DNA of 64,000 bases, from NCBI GenBank assembly GCA_963719315.1, contig CAVRBU010000006.1, positions 64,001-128,000 of the forward strand, given 5' to 3'. The stretch's first letter is position 1, and the number at the start of each line of letters is the position of its first letter. The position numbers and the translations under genes were made by a program. The notes under the pieces are model-generated. The model had not been told where the DNA came from. It worked only from the letters and a program-made list of their open reading frames with translations, and ran no database searches. This document shows positions 49,903-60,096 of the stretch, one piece after another. Origin of the DNA: an uncultured Planctomycetota bacterium. Lineage in GTDB: Bacteria > Planctomycetota > Planctomycetia > Pirellulales > Lacipirellulaceae.

Positions 49903-51027
49903 GTGCAGCATCTTTTGAGTTCCATCCATGAACAGCTCGCGCCCTGGATGAAGGAGCGGGGGCAGGGGGCGTACCGGGTTGGCCAGGTGCGGCGGTGGCT
50001 GTTCGGGCAGCGAGCGCGGGATTTCGCGGAGATGACCGATTTGCCGCAGTCATTGCGTGTCGGGCTCGCCGCGGATTTCAAACTCTGGAGTTCCACGATC
50101 GCCCGCCACACGCAAGCCGACGACGGGACCGAAAAGCTGCTGCTTACACTGGCCGATGGCGGGCAAATCGAGTGCGTCCTCCTCCGCGATGAAACCCGCC
50201 GAACGATCTGCATCAGCACGCAGGTCGGTTGCAGCATGGGCTGCGTGTTCTGTGCCAGCGGTCTGGAAGGCCTAGCGCGCAATCTGACCACAGGTGAGAT
50301 CGTCGAGCAGATGTTGCAATTGCAACTTCGCTTGCAGCCCGACGAACGGCTGAGCCACATCGTCGTCATGGGCATGGGCGAGCCGCTTGCCAACCTCGAT
50401 GCGTTGCTGCCCGCGCTCGACGAGGCGACCCGCGACGACGGCCTCGGAATCAGCGCGCGGCGGATCACGATTTCGACGGTCGGGCTCACGAAGGCGATGC
50501 GGCGATTGACGGAAACGAATCCCCGCTATCGACTTGCCGTTTCGCTCCACGCGCCGAACGACGAACTGCGGCAAAAGATCGTGCCCATCGCCGACAAAAT
50601 CCCGCTGGCCGATGTCTTGGTCGAGGCCGACAACTATTTCGACCGCTCGGGCCGGCAACTCACTTTCGAATACGTGCTCCTCGCCGGCCTGAACGACAGT
50701 CCGGCCAACGCCGCCGAGTTGGCCACGCTCCTCGCTGGCCGCACGGCAATGCTGAATGTGATTCCCTACAATCCAGTTGCCGGCTTGCCCTACGTCACGC
50801 CGTCGCAGAACGCTCAGCGAGCGTTTCGCCAAACGCTCGAATCACGCGGCGTAAACGTCCACTTCCGCCACCGCAAAGGCGACGCAATCGACGCTGCCTG
50901 TGGGCAGCTTCGTCGCCGCTCGCAAGCGACCGTTCCATTGGAAGGGGTCGCTGGGGTCAAGTGCAGCGAGCCACCAGTGCAGCTGGGGGGTCGCTGCGCT
51001 CCTCCCCAGCCACCCCCACTATCGTAG
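49903..51027 (+). CDS. rlmN: Radical SAM RNA methyltransferase RlmN
   Basis: CISTQVGCSMGCVFCASG, MGMGEPLAN, SLHAP, EYVLL, AACGQL. Confidence 0.95.
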   Translation: MQHLLSSIHEQLAPWMKERGQGAYRVGQVRRWLFGQRARDFAEMTDLPQSLRVGLAADFKLWSSTIARHTQADDGTEKLLLTLADGGQIECVLLRDETRRTICISTQVGCSMGCVFCASGLEGLARNLTTGEIVEQMLQLQLRLQPDERLSHIVVMGMGEPLANLDALLPALDEATRDDGLGISARRITISTVGLTKAMRRLTETNPRYRLAVSLHAPNDELRQKIVPIADKIPLADVLVEADNYFDRSGRQLTFEYVLLAGLNDSPANAAELATLLAGRTAMLNVIPYNPVAGLPYVTPSQNAQRAFRQTLESRGVNVHFRHRKGDAIDAACGQLRRRSQATVPLEGVAGVKCSEPPVQLGGRCAPPQPPPLS

Positions 51028-51555
51028 CGTCAGTTGGTAGAACCCAATCTCTTTCACGGGCGCATCGGTGAGCACCTGATTCACCACTTGCTCGATCCGT
51101 TCGCGAAATTTCGCAAGCGTGGGGTCCGTCAAGTCCTCGCGCGTACTTTGACGCACGGCCGCGAGTGTCTCGTGTCGCACGAGGTATTCATCGGTCTTGA
51201 GCTGCCTCTTAACGGCGGCCAGCCGCGACCGTGGCACAGTGCCGAAAATGTGTAAATCGAGCGACGTGAAAATGTTCGTGTTCGGGTCGCGGGGCAACGT
51301 GGTCTGATACTCGCCCAAATCAACCTCTGCCAGACTCGCGTCGAGCGCCATCGACTGCGCCTGTTTCAACAGTGTCTCGCCGTTGTAACACCCGCCAGAT
51401 ATTCCAAGCACCAGCGGCAGGAGCAACCACCAAAACGTATGAGTGTCATGCTTTCCCGCCGCGGCGGGTAAGCATGTAAGCGCATTCGCCGCGACATGCC
51501 TAAGTCGCCGGCCGGCGAAGGCATGGCACCCAGTGAATCGAATTGATAAACGCAT
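51019..51555 (-). CDS. FliL-like putative lipoprotein (start uncertain)
   Basis: ISGGC lipobox-like motif; EVDLGEY, VRHETL..VR, DLTDPTLAKFRERI. Confidence 0.55.
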   Translation of the reverse strand: MRLSIRFTGCHAFAGRRLRHVAANALTCLPAAAGKHDTHTFWWLLLPLVLGISGGCYNGETLLKQAQSMALDASLAEVDLGEYQTTLPRDPNTNIFTSLDLHIFGTVPRSRLAAVKRQLKTDEYLVRHETLAAVRQSTREDLTDPTLAKFRERIEQVVNQVLTDAPVKEIGFYQLTLR

Positions 51556-51722
51556 TGCTGGAGGCATAAATTGATTTGTCGCCGGCTAAATGGCACAAAA
51601 CGGGCAATCGTTAGAATCAATACGGGCGTTCGGCGGCGCATCATTTCACCGCCGACTATGGAAAAGCATAGGCCGCAATAGCCGGCCGCGCGCGACGTAT
51701 AGTTTTCACGGAGGGCAAATCC

Positions 51723-52193
51723 GTGATTGGGAAAATCTATTTATTGGCCATGTCGTGCGCCGCAGCCATGTGCTGCTGCGCCGTCGCGGGATGCGGCTCA
51801 AAGCCGACATTCAAGTTCAAACAAATGGATTTGCTCCCGGCCGAAGAGGAGCTGACCGAATTTCCGCTCGGAAAGTACAAGATTCCGATTTCTGTCGCCG
51901 AGGACCGCGGCAAGAACCAACCCATTCGCCGCAATCGTTTTCAATTCGATTTCGAGTTGTTCGCCTTGGTTTCGCCCAAGGAGCAGTCGCAGATCGCCGA
52001 CGCTTGGGAACTGCACGAGGGTGTGATTCGCGATCGGGTCATGAATACCTGTCGCAGCGCGTCGGTCCGCGAGTTGCAGGAACCCGAATTGGCCACGTTG
52101 AAAGCCCGGCTGACGGATGTGCTCGCCACACAGTTGGGCGAGAAGCGGTTGCGGCAATTATTGATCACCGATATCGTCAGCCAGGAATTGTAA
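51723..52193 (+). CDS. FliL-like putative lipoprotein
   Basis: VAGC; EFPLGKY, IRDRV, ELQEPELATLKARL, LLITD. Confidence 0.65.
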   Translation: MIGKIYLLAMSCAAAMCCCAVAGCGSKPTFKFKQMDLLPAEEELTEFPLGKYKIPISVAEDRGKNQPIRRNRFQFDFELFALVSPKEQSQIADAWELHEGVIRDRVMNTCRSASVRELQEPELATLKARLTDVLATQLGEKRLRQLLITDIVSQEL

Positions 52194-52210
52194 CCGCGCG
52201 AAAGTTTGCA

Positions 52211-52696
52211 ATGAGCCGCTTCGATACCAACTTCCCGCGTATGGTACGGATGTCCGCGCTGATTGCCGCCGCGATATTTGCTCTGACTGCCAGCCGGGCG
52301 TGCGCTGCGGAACACAAAGTCGCCAAGCATGAATCAGCTGAACCAGAGGCCGTCGATACATTCGACGCGAAAACGGTTGGCATCGAGCTGGGAGACTTCA
52401 AAATCCGCACCGACTACCCGGTCGAAGCTCAGAAGAGCACCGTGCGGTTCGCGCTGTACGCGGCCGTCAAGGGCGAGCACTCGGCCGAGATGCGTCGGCT
52501 CGTGGAAGCGCATCGGCAAAAAGTCCGCGACATTGTGATTACGGCCACCCGGCTTGCACCGCTGGCCCAGTTCGATGAGCCGGACCTGGCAGCCTTTCGC
52601 CGGCGAATCATGATTCGTCTCCGTCGCATGCTTCCGGAGCTTGCCGTCGAAGACCTGTACATCAGCGATTTCGGCCTGATGGTCAAAAGTCTGTAG
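52211..52696 (+). CDS. FliL-like protein
   Basis: Signal/TM; IELGDF, VRDIV, FDEPDLAAFRRRI, LYISDF. Confidence 0.65.
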   Translation: MSRFDTNFPRMVRMSALIAAAIFALTASRACAAEHKVAKHESAEPEAVDTFDAKTVGIELGDFKIRTDYPVEAQKSTVRFALYAAVKGEHSAEMRRLVEAHRQKVRDIVITATRLAPLAQFDEPDLAAFRRRIMIRLRRMLPELAVEDLYISDFGLMVKSL

Positions 52697-52803
52697 GGCA
52701 ACGGAACTCGCCAGTGTTCGGCGAATCGTGCGGCTGGGTGGCATGCCTTCGTCGCGCAGCGACGTAGGCATGTGGCGATGCACTGGAGCATGCTTACCCG
52801 CCG

Positions 52804-53529
52804 CTATTTCCTGAAGAGCCGCTCGAGCCGCTCGGCGAGTGAGGGCGTTTTCGATTCCGACCTCAATCGAATGGCATCACGCTCGCGTGCGAGCTCGACT
52901 GCCTCGGCATTCGATGCGGAATCGGCAGCGACTTGTTCGGTCGTTTCCTGCGGATCGGGCGTCATCGCGGCCGCCAGTTTCACCCATTCGTCTTCGCTGA
53001 CCGGCAACACAGCGCCCAATTCAGCGTCCGCCGGCGCTGGTTTGTAGAACGCGTGCGATGCCGGCGACTGGGCGATGCCAAGGCCCTCGCTGCCGGCCGC
53101 GTCGCCGGTCTTGCTCACGCAATCGCAACCCGACGCATCGACCACCTCCCAGTGATACCAGCAGATTACCTTTTCGGCCCGGTACTTGGTCAGAACCCTT
53201 ACGCTGCGCGGCTGAGCACAACCGCAGGCAAACCAGTCGCGCCAACAGAATTCACATTTCGGCGCCGATTCTTGACAGCCTGCGCACGGGTCGCATTGAC
53301 AATCGCCGCAGCAGGTCGCGCAATGTTTGCAGCCGGCGCGGCTGGGTCCCGGAATGCATATAGACTTGCATTCGTTGCCGTAGCCGATCGCCGTGAGTGT
53401 CTTCGTCTCACAGACGAGCTTGCAAACCTTGCCACATGCCGGCCGCGAGAGATCCAACGGACAATCTTGCGCCGTCGCGCTCGTTTGCAACACAAATAGT
53501 GCGACAATGCTAGGAATAAGCTGACGCAT
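52804..53529 (-). CDS. Secreted cysteine-rich protein
   Basis: Signal peptide; 21 Cys in residues about 23-137. Confidence 0.75.
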   Translation of the reverse strand: MRQLIPSIVALFVLQTSATAQDCPLDLSRPACGKVCKLVCETKTLTAIGYGNECKSICIPGPSRAGCKHCATCCGDCQCDPCAGCQESAPKCEFCWRDWFACGCAQPRSVRVLTKYRAEKVICWYHWEVVDASGCDCVSKTGDAAGSEGLGIAQSPASHAFYKPAPADAELGAVLPVSEDEWVKLAAAMTPDPQETTEQVAADSASNAEAVELARERDAIRLRSESKTPSLAERLERLFRK

Positions 53530-53663
53530 ATAGTTCGTTACCTTTGTGGGAGGCCTCTCTTAAGGCCGATTCCGCGTTCCATTGTTTGACGATCAGCGGC
53601 GTCGGGGACACCTCCCTTGCGGGCAGCTTGTCGCCGATAACCCTATCCGCCGACAGCCAAATC

Positions 53664-55421
53664 TCACCAATCCACTTGCCAGCGGATGCCGAAAATGCTG
53701 GCGTTCGAGTTGGGCACGCCGGGGTCTACGAAGTTCACCAACTCCAGCTCGTAGTCGAAGAACATTCGCGACCAGGCGTTCTGATACCAGTTCACACCGA
53801 TGATGAAATCGTTATTGAAACCGCGCAGTCTGTTGGTGGAATTGGGTGGGGCCGTGACTACGATGTCGTGTCCGTCGGTGAGATTCACCCACGAATAGCC
53901 GACCGACAATTCCCACGCGCCCCACCCGCAATTAGCGCCGTTGCAACCGTCGACCAAGAAAAACGGCTCGAACGGCTGCGTGCGGTCGATCACTTTCAAG
54001 TCTTTGCGATACGCGCGGTTCTCACCGGTCAGGAAGTACGACAGAAACGCATAGCCGCCGTTGTACTGCTCGCCGCTGTTCATGAGCACCTGGAAATACT
54101 CGCTCTGCACGCTGGCCGCGCCCCAGATTGCCACGAACTCGCCGTTTATTTGGTTCCATTCGTTGCTGTTGGCTTCGGCGCCGAAACCGATCGGCCCCTG
54201 GCTGCCGACCCACGATCGAGCGCTGAACTCGGCCAGCCCATTGAGCGTGCTATACGCGACATTCTGGTTGTAGGTGGCCGTCGGCGTCAGTGCCCCGACA
54301 TGCCGATGGCTGTAGCTGCCGCCCAAGTGCACCAGATAGCGGCCGTTCGATGGCTCGTCGTAATATGGCAGCCACGCCAGCCGCGTGTCGAAGCACCAGT
54401 CGTTGTTGTCGCTCCGCCAGAGACCCGTGTTCGTGGGTGAATCGGGCGAATCGGCCCGAAACAAGCCCGCGAACCAACTCGTGTCCTGACACTCATCCAC
54501 CGTGTCCCAGACCATGACGCCGAAGTTGCGAGCGGGCGTGAACGCCTGCGTCGCGGGCGACTTCTCCATGAACGTCAGGAACAAATCGCTGCCGAACTCT
54601 TCCAAGCCGATCGGCTCTTTGAAGTGCCCGGCCCGCACATGCCCGATCCACGGCAGCGATTGCTGCTCCATGTAGATGTCTTTGTACACGATCGAGCTAT
54701 TCGTGCCCCGCAAGTCGATTTCCAGATTGTAAATCAGGTTTTCGTAGATATTGCCTTTTCCGCCGATCCGAAAGGTGCGAAGGCCAAGTTCGTTGGCGCG
54801 GTCGGTGTTGAAGAACGCTTCGGTCTCCGGATCGTCGCTGTACGTGACGCCGTCGAAATAGATCCGCCCGGTCGGCGTGAACGTCGGCTTGATAATCGTG
54901 TCGATCTGCTTGGGCACGCACTCTTCGATTTTGGCCGCATCTTTTTTATCGCTGGCTTCCTTATCCTTGGCTGCTTTGTCGTCCTTTGTCTCCGGCTTGG
55001 GCGGCGGAAGCGTTTCGGGCGGACCGGCCGCCTTTAGCTGGCGGATGGACTCCTCCAACGCCGCGACGCGCTGAGCGAGCTCGTTTTCATTTTCGGAGGC
55101 CTCTTGGCCAGGTGCTGGCGGGTTCGCGGCAGGTTGATTTGTGGCCGGCGGATCGGGCTGCGTTGCCGCAGTAGCCTGCGCGGCAACCGGAGGCGCGTTC
55201 AATGTGGGCGTTGCCAAAACGGGCTGGCCGGTCTCCGGCGTGCCATAGCCGGCTCCGCTGGTGACGACTTCGCTGCCCCATGCGTAATTATCCGAAAGCG
55301 GCGCAGCGGCCAACAATTGACCACGGGCGTCCAGCGGCCAGAGAGCCGTACCGGCAGCACAAATCACCGCGTATACAAGCGTGCGTGCGCCAGGCGGGAG
55401 TGTTTTGCGATGCCTCGACAT
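53664..55421 (-). CDS. OprO/OprP-like phosphate-selective porin
   Basis: RAGHFKEPIGLE, FMEK, YFLTGE.R.Y, GWGAWE, GVNWY, C-terminal RWQVDW. Confidence 0.88.
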   Translation of the reverse strand: MSRHRKTLPPGARTLVYAVICAAGTALWPLDARGQLLAAAPLSDNYAWGSEVVTSGAGYGTPETGQPVLATPTLNAPPVAAQATAATQPDPPATNQPAANPPAPGQEASENENELAQRVAALEESIRQLKAAGPPETLPPPKPETKDDKAAKDKEASDKKDAAKIEECVPKQIDTIIKPTFTPTGRIYFDGVTYSDDPETEAFFNTDRANELGLRTFRIGGKGNIYENLIYNLEIDLRGTNSSIVYKDIYMEQQSLPWIGHVRAGHFKEPIGLEEFGSDLFLTFMEKSPATQAFTPARNFGVMVWDTVDECQDTSWFAGLFRADSPDSPTNTGLWRSDNNDWCFDTRLAWLPYYDEPSNGRYLVHLGGSYSHRHVGALTPTATYNQNVAYSTLNGLAEFSARSWVGSQGPIGFGAEANSNEWNQINGEFVAIWGAASVQSEYFQVLMNSGEQYNGGYAFLSYFLTGENRAYRKDLKVIDRTQPFEPFFLVDGCNGANCGWGAWELSVGYSWVNLTDGHDIVVTAPPNSTNRLRGFNNDFIIGVNWYQNAWSRMFFDYELELVNFVDPGVPNSNASIFGIRWQVDW

Positions 55422-55791
55422 CAGCGGCTTCTCGAAGTGGCCCAGGATCGTACGAGCCGGCGTAAGCGTGAAAGCTTTTCGCCCGACGAATTAAGCGCAC
55501 GCGGACAGCGAATGCTGTCCCGAAAAGGACTCCACCGACTGGGTGGTCTCGTCCCACTCGAGTCGGCTCGTCACGGACATCGCAGCGCGGCTTCAAGATT
55601 GCGGATCGGCCGCCCTGTGCTGTCGCAATCAGCACAACCGGCACAAAACGCACTGCTGGCATAACCGGCAGAGCGCAAAAACAGAATAAGCCGCAGAGTT
55701 TAACACCCGTTGCGTTTGGAAGAGAGCGCAGGAGCGAGTGCAGTCAAGCGCCGCTGGGGGGTCGCTGCGCTCCACCCCAGCCAACCGGGTT

Positions 55792-58700
55792 TTAACGCCG
55801 CGGCGCCTGTTCGAGTCCTGCCACGCTGGGTTCCGGCGCGTTCATCAAGAATGCGAACAGGTCGGCGATTTGTTCGAGCGAGAGCCGATTTGCCAGCCCT
55901 TCCGGCATCGCGGAAACCTTGCTCGGCTTCACGTCCTCGACATCGGCCGCCTTCAATTCGACCTTGTGCCCATCCGATTGGAGCACGGTCATTCCGCCGT
56001 CGGGGTTTCGGGCAACGATGCCCGTGTACGTCTTTCCGCCCGCGGTCACAATCTGGCTCGCGTATTGGTCCGAAACGACCTGGTTCGGGTACACGATCGA
56101 CTCCAGAATCTCTTTGCGTTGGAACCGCTGCGACACGGTCGACAGATCGGGCCCGATCGACTCGCCTTTGCCGTTGAAGCGGTGGCAGTTCAGGCACTGG
56201 CCATCCTTGAACACTTGCGCTCTGCGCGCCGGGCTGCCATTCTTGCCGGGCTCGCTTTCCAAGTACGCAAGCAGCTCCTCGTAGCTCCATTTGTTGGGCT
56301 GCGATTCCTTTGGCAACTCTGCCGGCCGCTCGTTGGGGAATGTCGTGGCGTACCACGTTTGCCAAGCCGCGAGTTGTTGGCTTAGCGGTGTGTCCGTTTT
56401 GTACGGAGTTTGACCGACCCACTTCTCCATCAGCCGTGCCACCGAATCGCCGCCGTTCTCCTGCATCCGCAATCCCAACAAAATCGCGTTGCGATACGGC
56501 TCCGATTTCTCCGGCTGCCGATTCACTTGCGTCAAAGCGGTGACTATATCGCGGGCCGCTTCGCCGTCGACCGTCCGCAACGAGTCTACGAGGATCGGCC
56601 AATTGTCGCCGTCCGGATGTTGCGTAAGGCTCATCGCCACGGGCATCGGCGTTCCGGCTGATGCTGATAGACGTCGCGCAAGTATTTCAGCGATTCTTCC
56701 TCGCCGCTGCGTCCGAGCACGGCTACGATGCCGACCCTTAGCCGCGCCATCGGCTCGCCCGGCTTGCCGTCAATCCGTCCGTCGAGCGCGCGAATTTCTG
56801 CCAGTACATCGGCGCCCGGATTTTCCGGCAGCCCCGCCAAGACCGATAGCGCCGAAGTGGGATAGGCTTCGCCAGCGGCGACCACTTGCCGGCGTTCGGC
56901 AAGCGTCAACTTGGCAAAGAAGTCACGGGCAAAGTATTCGATGTATCCAGCCAGGCTGTGGCCGCCCTCGACAGCGCGCACCGTTTCCAAGTAGCGCAGC
57001 ATGATCAGCTTGTCCGGCGTATCCCAACCGACGCCGATTCGCGGCGCGTATGCCGCCACTTGCAGCTTCTCCACATCCGGAATATCTGCTTCGATTTGGT
57101 GCGCAGCGCATGCGCCGCCCCGGGTGGCTGCAGGTAGGCCATCAACTTCACCAACTCGCGATTCATCATCGCGTCCCGCGTCGGATATTCGCGGAGCAGT
57201 TGCTGCGTGAGCGTCGGCACCTCGGCCGGCTCGATCTTCCCACGCACTAGCGCTAACTGCACCACGCGCAACGTGTCGAGAAAGTTCCCATCGCTCAGCT
57301 CACCAGGCTTTCGGCCCGGTTCGTTGACCTGGCCACGAAGCATTACTTCGCAACGATTGAGGATCAATAGTGCAACTTCTTTCGACGGATATTGGGCCAA
57401 CAGGCCGGTGGCGCCGTACAAGAAGGGCCGCGGCGCCGCGACCGATAACACCTCGTTTTGCCAATCTTTGGCCGGCATCTTTTCGAGCGCCCGGCGAGCC
57501 GCGAACGCCACGAAGCGGTCATTGTCTGCCATCAATCCGACGAGCAACGGCACCGGCGCTTCGGTGCCGCGATGCGCCACCGCTTCGCACGCTACGCGCC
57601 GAACCCAGGCGTCCGAATCGCGCAGCATCGCCACGAGCGGATCGCCCAGTTCGCCGTCCGTGCGGTTGCCAATCAGCCGGGCCGCGCGTGCTCGCATCGC
57701 CGGGTCTTTGTCTTTTGCCAGTACCGTGAGCGTAGCAGCCGTCGGCGGCGGACCAAAATAAGTCAGCAATTCGATCGCCCGCAAGCGGTCCTTGGCCGCG
57801 CTCCCCGGATTGGTAAGTATTCGCTCCAGCTCAACCTGCCAGCGATCGCCCAAGTTGCGGCGAACGGCGGCGATTCGCGCCCGCGCCCAATCGCTTTGCA
57901 ATTGCGGCTGGTCCAGAGCCTGCTGAATCCCTTGACTGAAGGTGATGTTCTGCGGCGGGCTCGTGCCCGTCCAGCGCACGCGGTAGATGCCGCCATCCGT
58001 ACCGCGGCCGCCCGTCGAGAAGTACAGCGCACCATCCGGTCCGACATCGAGCGCCGTCACATTCAGCGGCCGGCCCTTGAGGAACGTCGAGACTTTGGCT
58101 TTGTACGTTCCGCCATGGCGTTCCAATTTGACTGCGTGAATCTGACCCAGCGCCCAATCGCCCACGAACAGTGTGTTCTGCAGCCGTGGCGGGAACGCCG
58201 TGTGATCGTAGTACACCGCGCCGGTCGGCGATCCGGGGCCGATATCGGCCGTCGCCGGCAGGCCATCGAGATAATACGCGGGCCACTTCGCCCAACCGCT
58301 CCGCCAGCCATATTCGCCACCCGGCGTCACGTGCACCACGCGCGTTGGCCGATACCACGGTGCGCCCATGTCCCACTCCATATCCGCGTCGTAGGTGAAC
58401 AATTCACCGTCGCCGTTGAACGTGAAGTCGTACGGATTGCGGAATCCGCCGGCCACCATTTCGATGAAACTGGCGTTGGTATCGGTGCGAATGATCGTGC
58501 CGCCCGGCGCCGGCACGCCCACGGCATGTCCCTTCGGGTCTTCATAACGCGGCTGCACGAGATCGCCTTCGTAAGTCGTGACATACGGGCTGTGCGGGTC
58601 GATCGTCGTGCCAACTTGCGCGAAATTGCCGGACAAAACGTACAACAACCCGTCGGGCCCAAGCCGCACCGTATGCGGCCCGTGCTCGCCGATGACGCCG

Positions 58701-59809
58701 CGATACTTCACGAGGGCCGTCAACTTATCGCTGTGCCCGTCGCCGTCGGTATCGGTCAATTGATACAGTGCGCCGCCCTCCGGCCCGTCGCCGACCGCGT
58801 AAACGCGGTTGCCGAGCGAGAGGATGCCTTGAATATTTTTCACCTCGGTGCAGAACGGCTCGATCGTTTCGAACTTGCCATCTTTATCCCTGTCGCGGAT
58901 CAACAGGATTCCGCCCCCTTCGCGCGAGGCCAGAATGTCGCCGCCGGCGTTGAACGTCATCGTGATTAACGAGCCTGCTTGCTCGTCGGTCACCAGTCGC
59001 TCGACCACGAATTCAGGATCGGTCAAGAATCGCGAACCCTCTTCGGCGATCACGATCTCATCTCCCCACGGCAATACACCGCCGAGCGGACCATACACCT
59101 TGGCCGAGAGCCATTCCGCGTCGCGCATCCGTGGCTGCCCCCAGTCGTTGGACTGCTTGATACTTGTTTTCCAAGTCGCGTCCGTCGAGAAGCTCTCGTA
59201 CGTGCCGCCGCGCTCTTTGACGATCACCCGCGCCACGAGTCCGGCCGCGCCGGCGTCGGTATTCGTGGCCTTGATGGCCACCACGTTCGTGCCGTGCACC
59301 AAGAGCGGGGTCACGTCGTGCACGTCCATTTTTCGCCAGTCGCCCCCTTTGCCCACGAGGCGACCGTTCACGTACAGCTCGTACTGATTATCGCAGGCCA
59401 CGTGTACTTGCCCGAAATCCGCCGCGTTCAGCTCGAACGTCTTGCGGAAGTAGCAATCGCCCACCGGCACTTCATCTTTCTTATAGGCGGGCGACCAGAT
59501 CCAATTCGCCCCGATCAATTTCAAAAACGCCGCCTTCTTCTCGGGATCGAGTTTTTCCATCACCGGCGCCGTCGCCCCCGCCGCTTGCGGTTTGGTGGAT
59601 ACGGTCGCTTGCGGCTTAGTCGTCGTCGCCCCTTGTGGCCGCGTAATCGTATGGGTCGATTGCCGTTGCCTGGGATTCCCGTTTTGAATCGTTCGCGGCT
59701 GAGTCGCAGCATTGAATCCTTGCTGCGCAGCCGCATTCCATGGACCAAGCTGGACCAGCACAAATGCTAACCACATGGAAATCGCCAGCCGAATGCTCCG
59801 AATCGACAT
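55792..59809 (-). CDS. Large PVC-type heme c protein (lectin-like domain, dehydrogenase-like propeller, HEAT repeats, CxxCH); split by two apparent frameshifts (about 57103 and 56647)
   Basis: GEHGPH, GFRNPYD, DADMEWD..PWYRPTR, GSPTG; HEAT repeats; CLNCH, GPDLS, SAMPEGL. Confidence 0.85.
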
Positions 59810-60096
59810 AATTGCCTCGAGCGAAGAAGAAGGGCACGGATTACATAAAAATGGGGCGGCAGCTTAGCAGGCATACGGCAACGGAAGCAACGGCTTTTGC
59901 GAACCAAACCGGGCCGCTAGCAGTACAGCTAATTGGAGCGTTCCGAATTCCGGCCGCTCGGCTCACGCGCCGCCGTCGTTGACGCGATGTAAATCATTCT
60001 GTAGCGTACATTTCCGTCAACGTGCTGGCAGTGGTAACTCATGTGGGAGGTGTCACTGACGCCGATCCGCAGACCGCATTCCTTCAAACCGCCACT

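Noticed and set aside
51590..52210. 368-aa ORF as a single gene
   Set aside because: Better explained as two genes, 51723-52193 and 52211-52696
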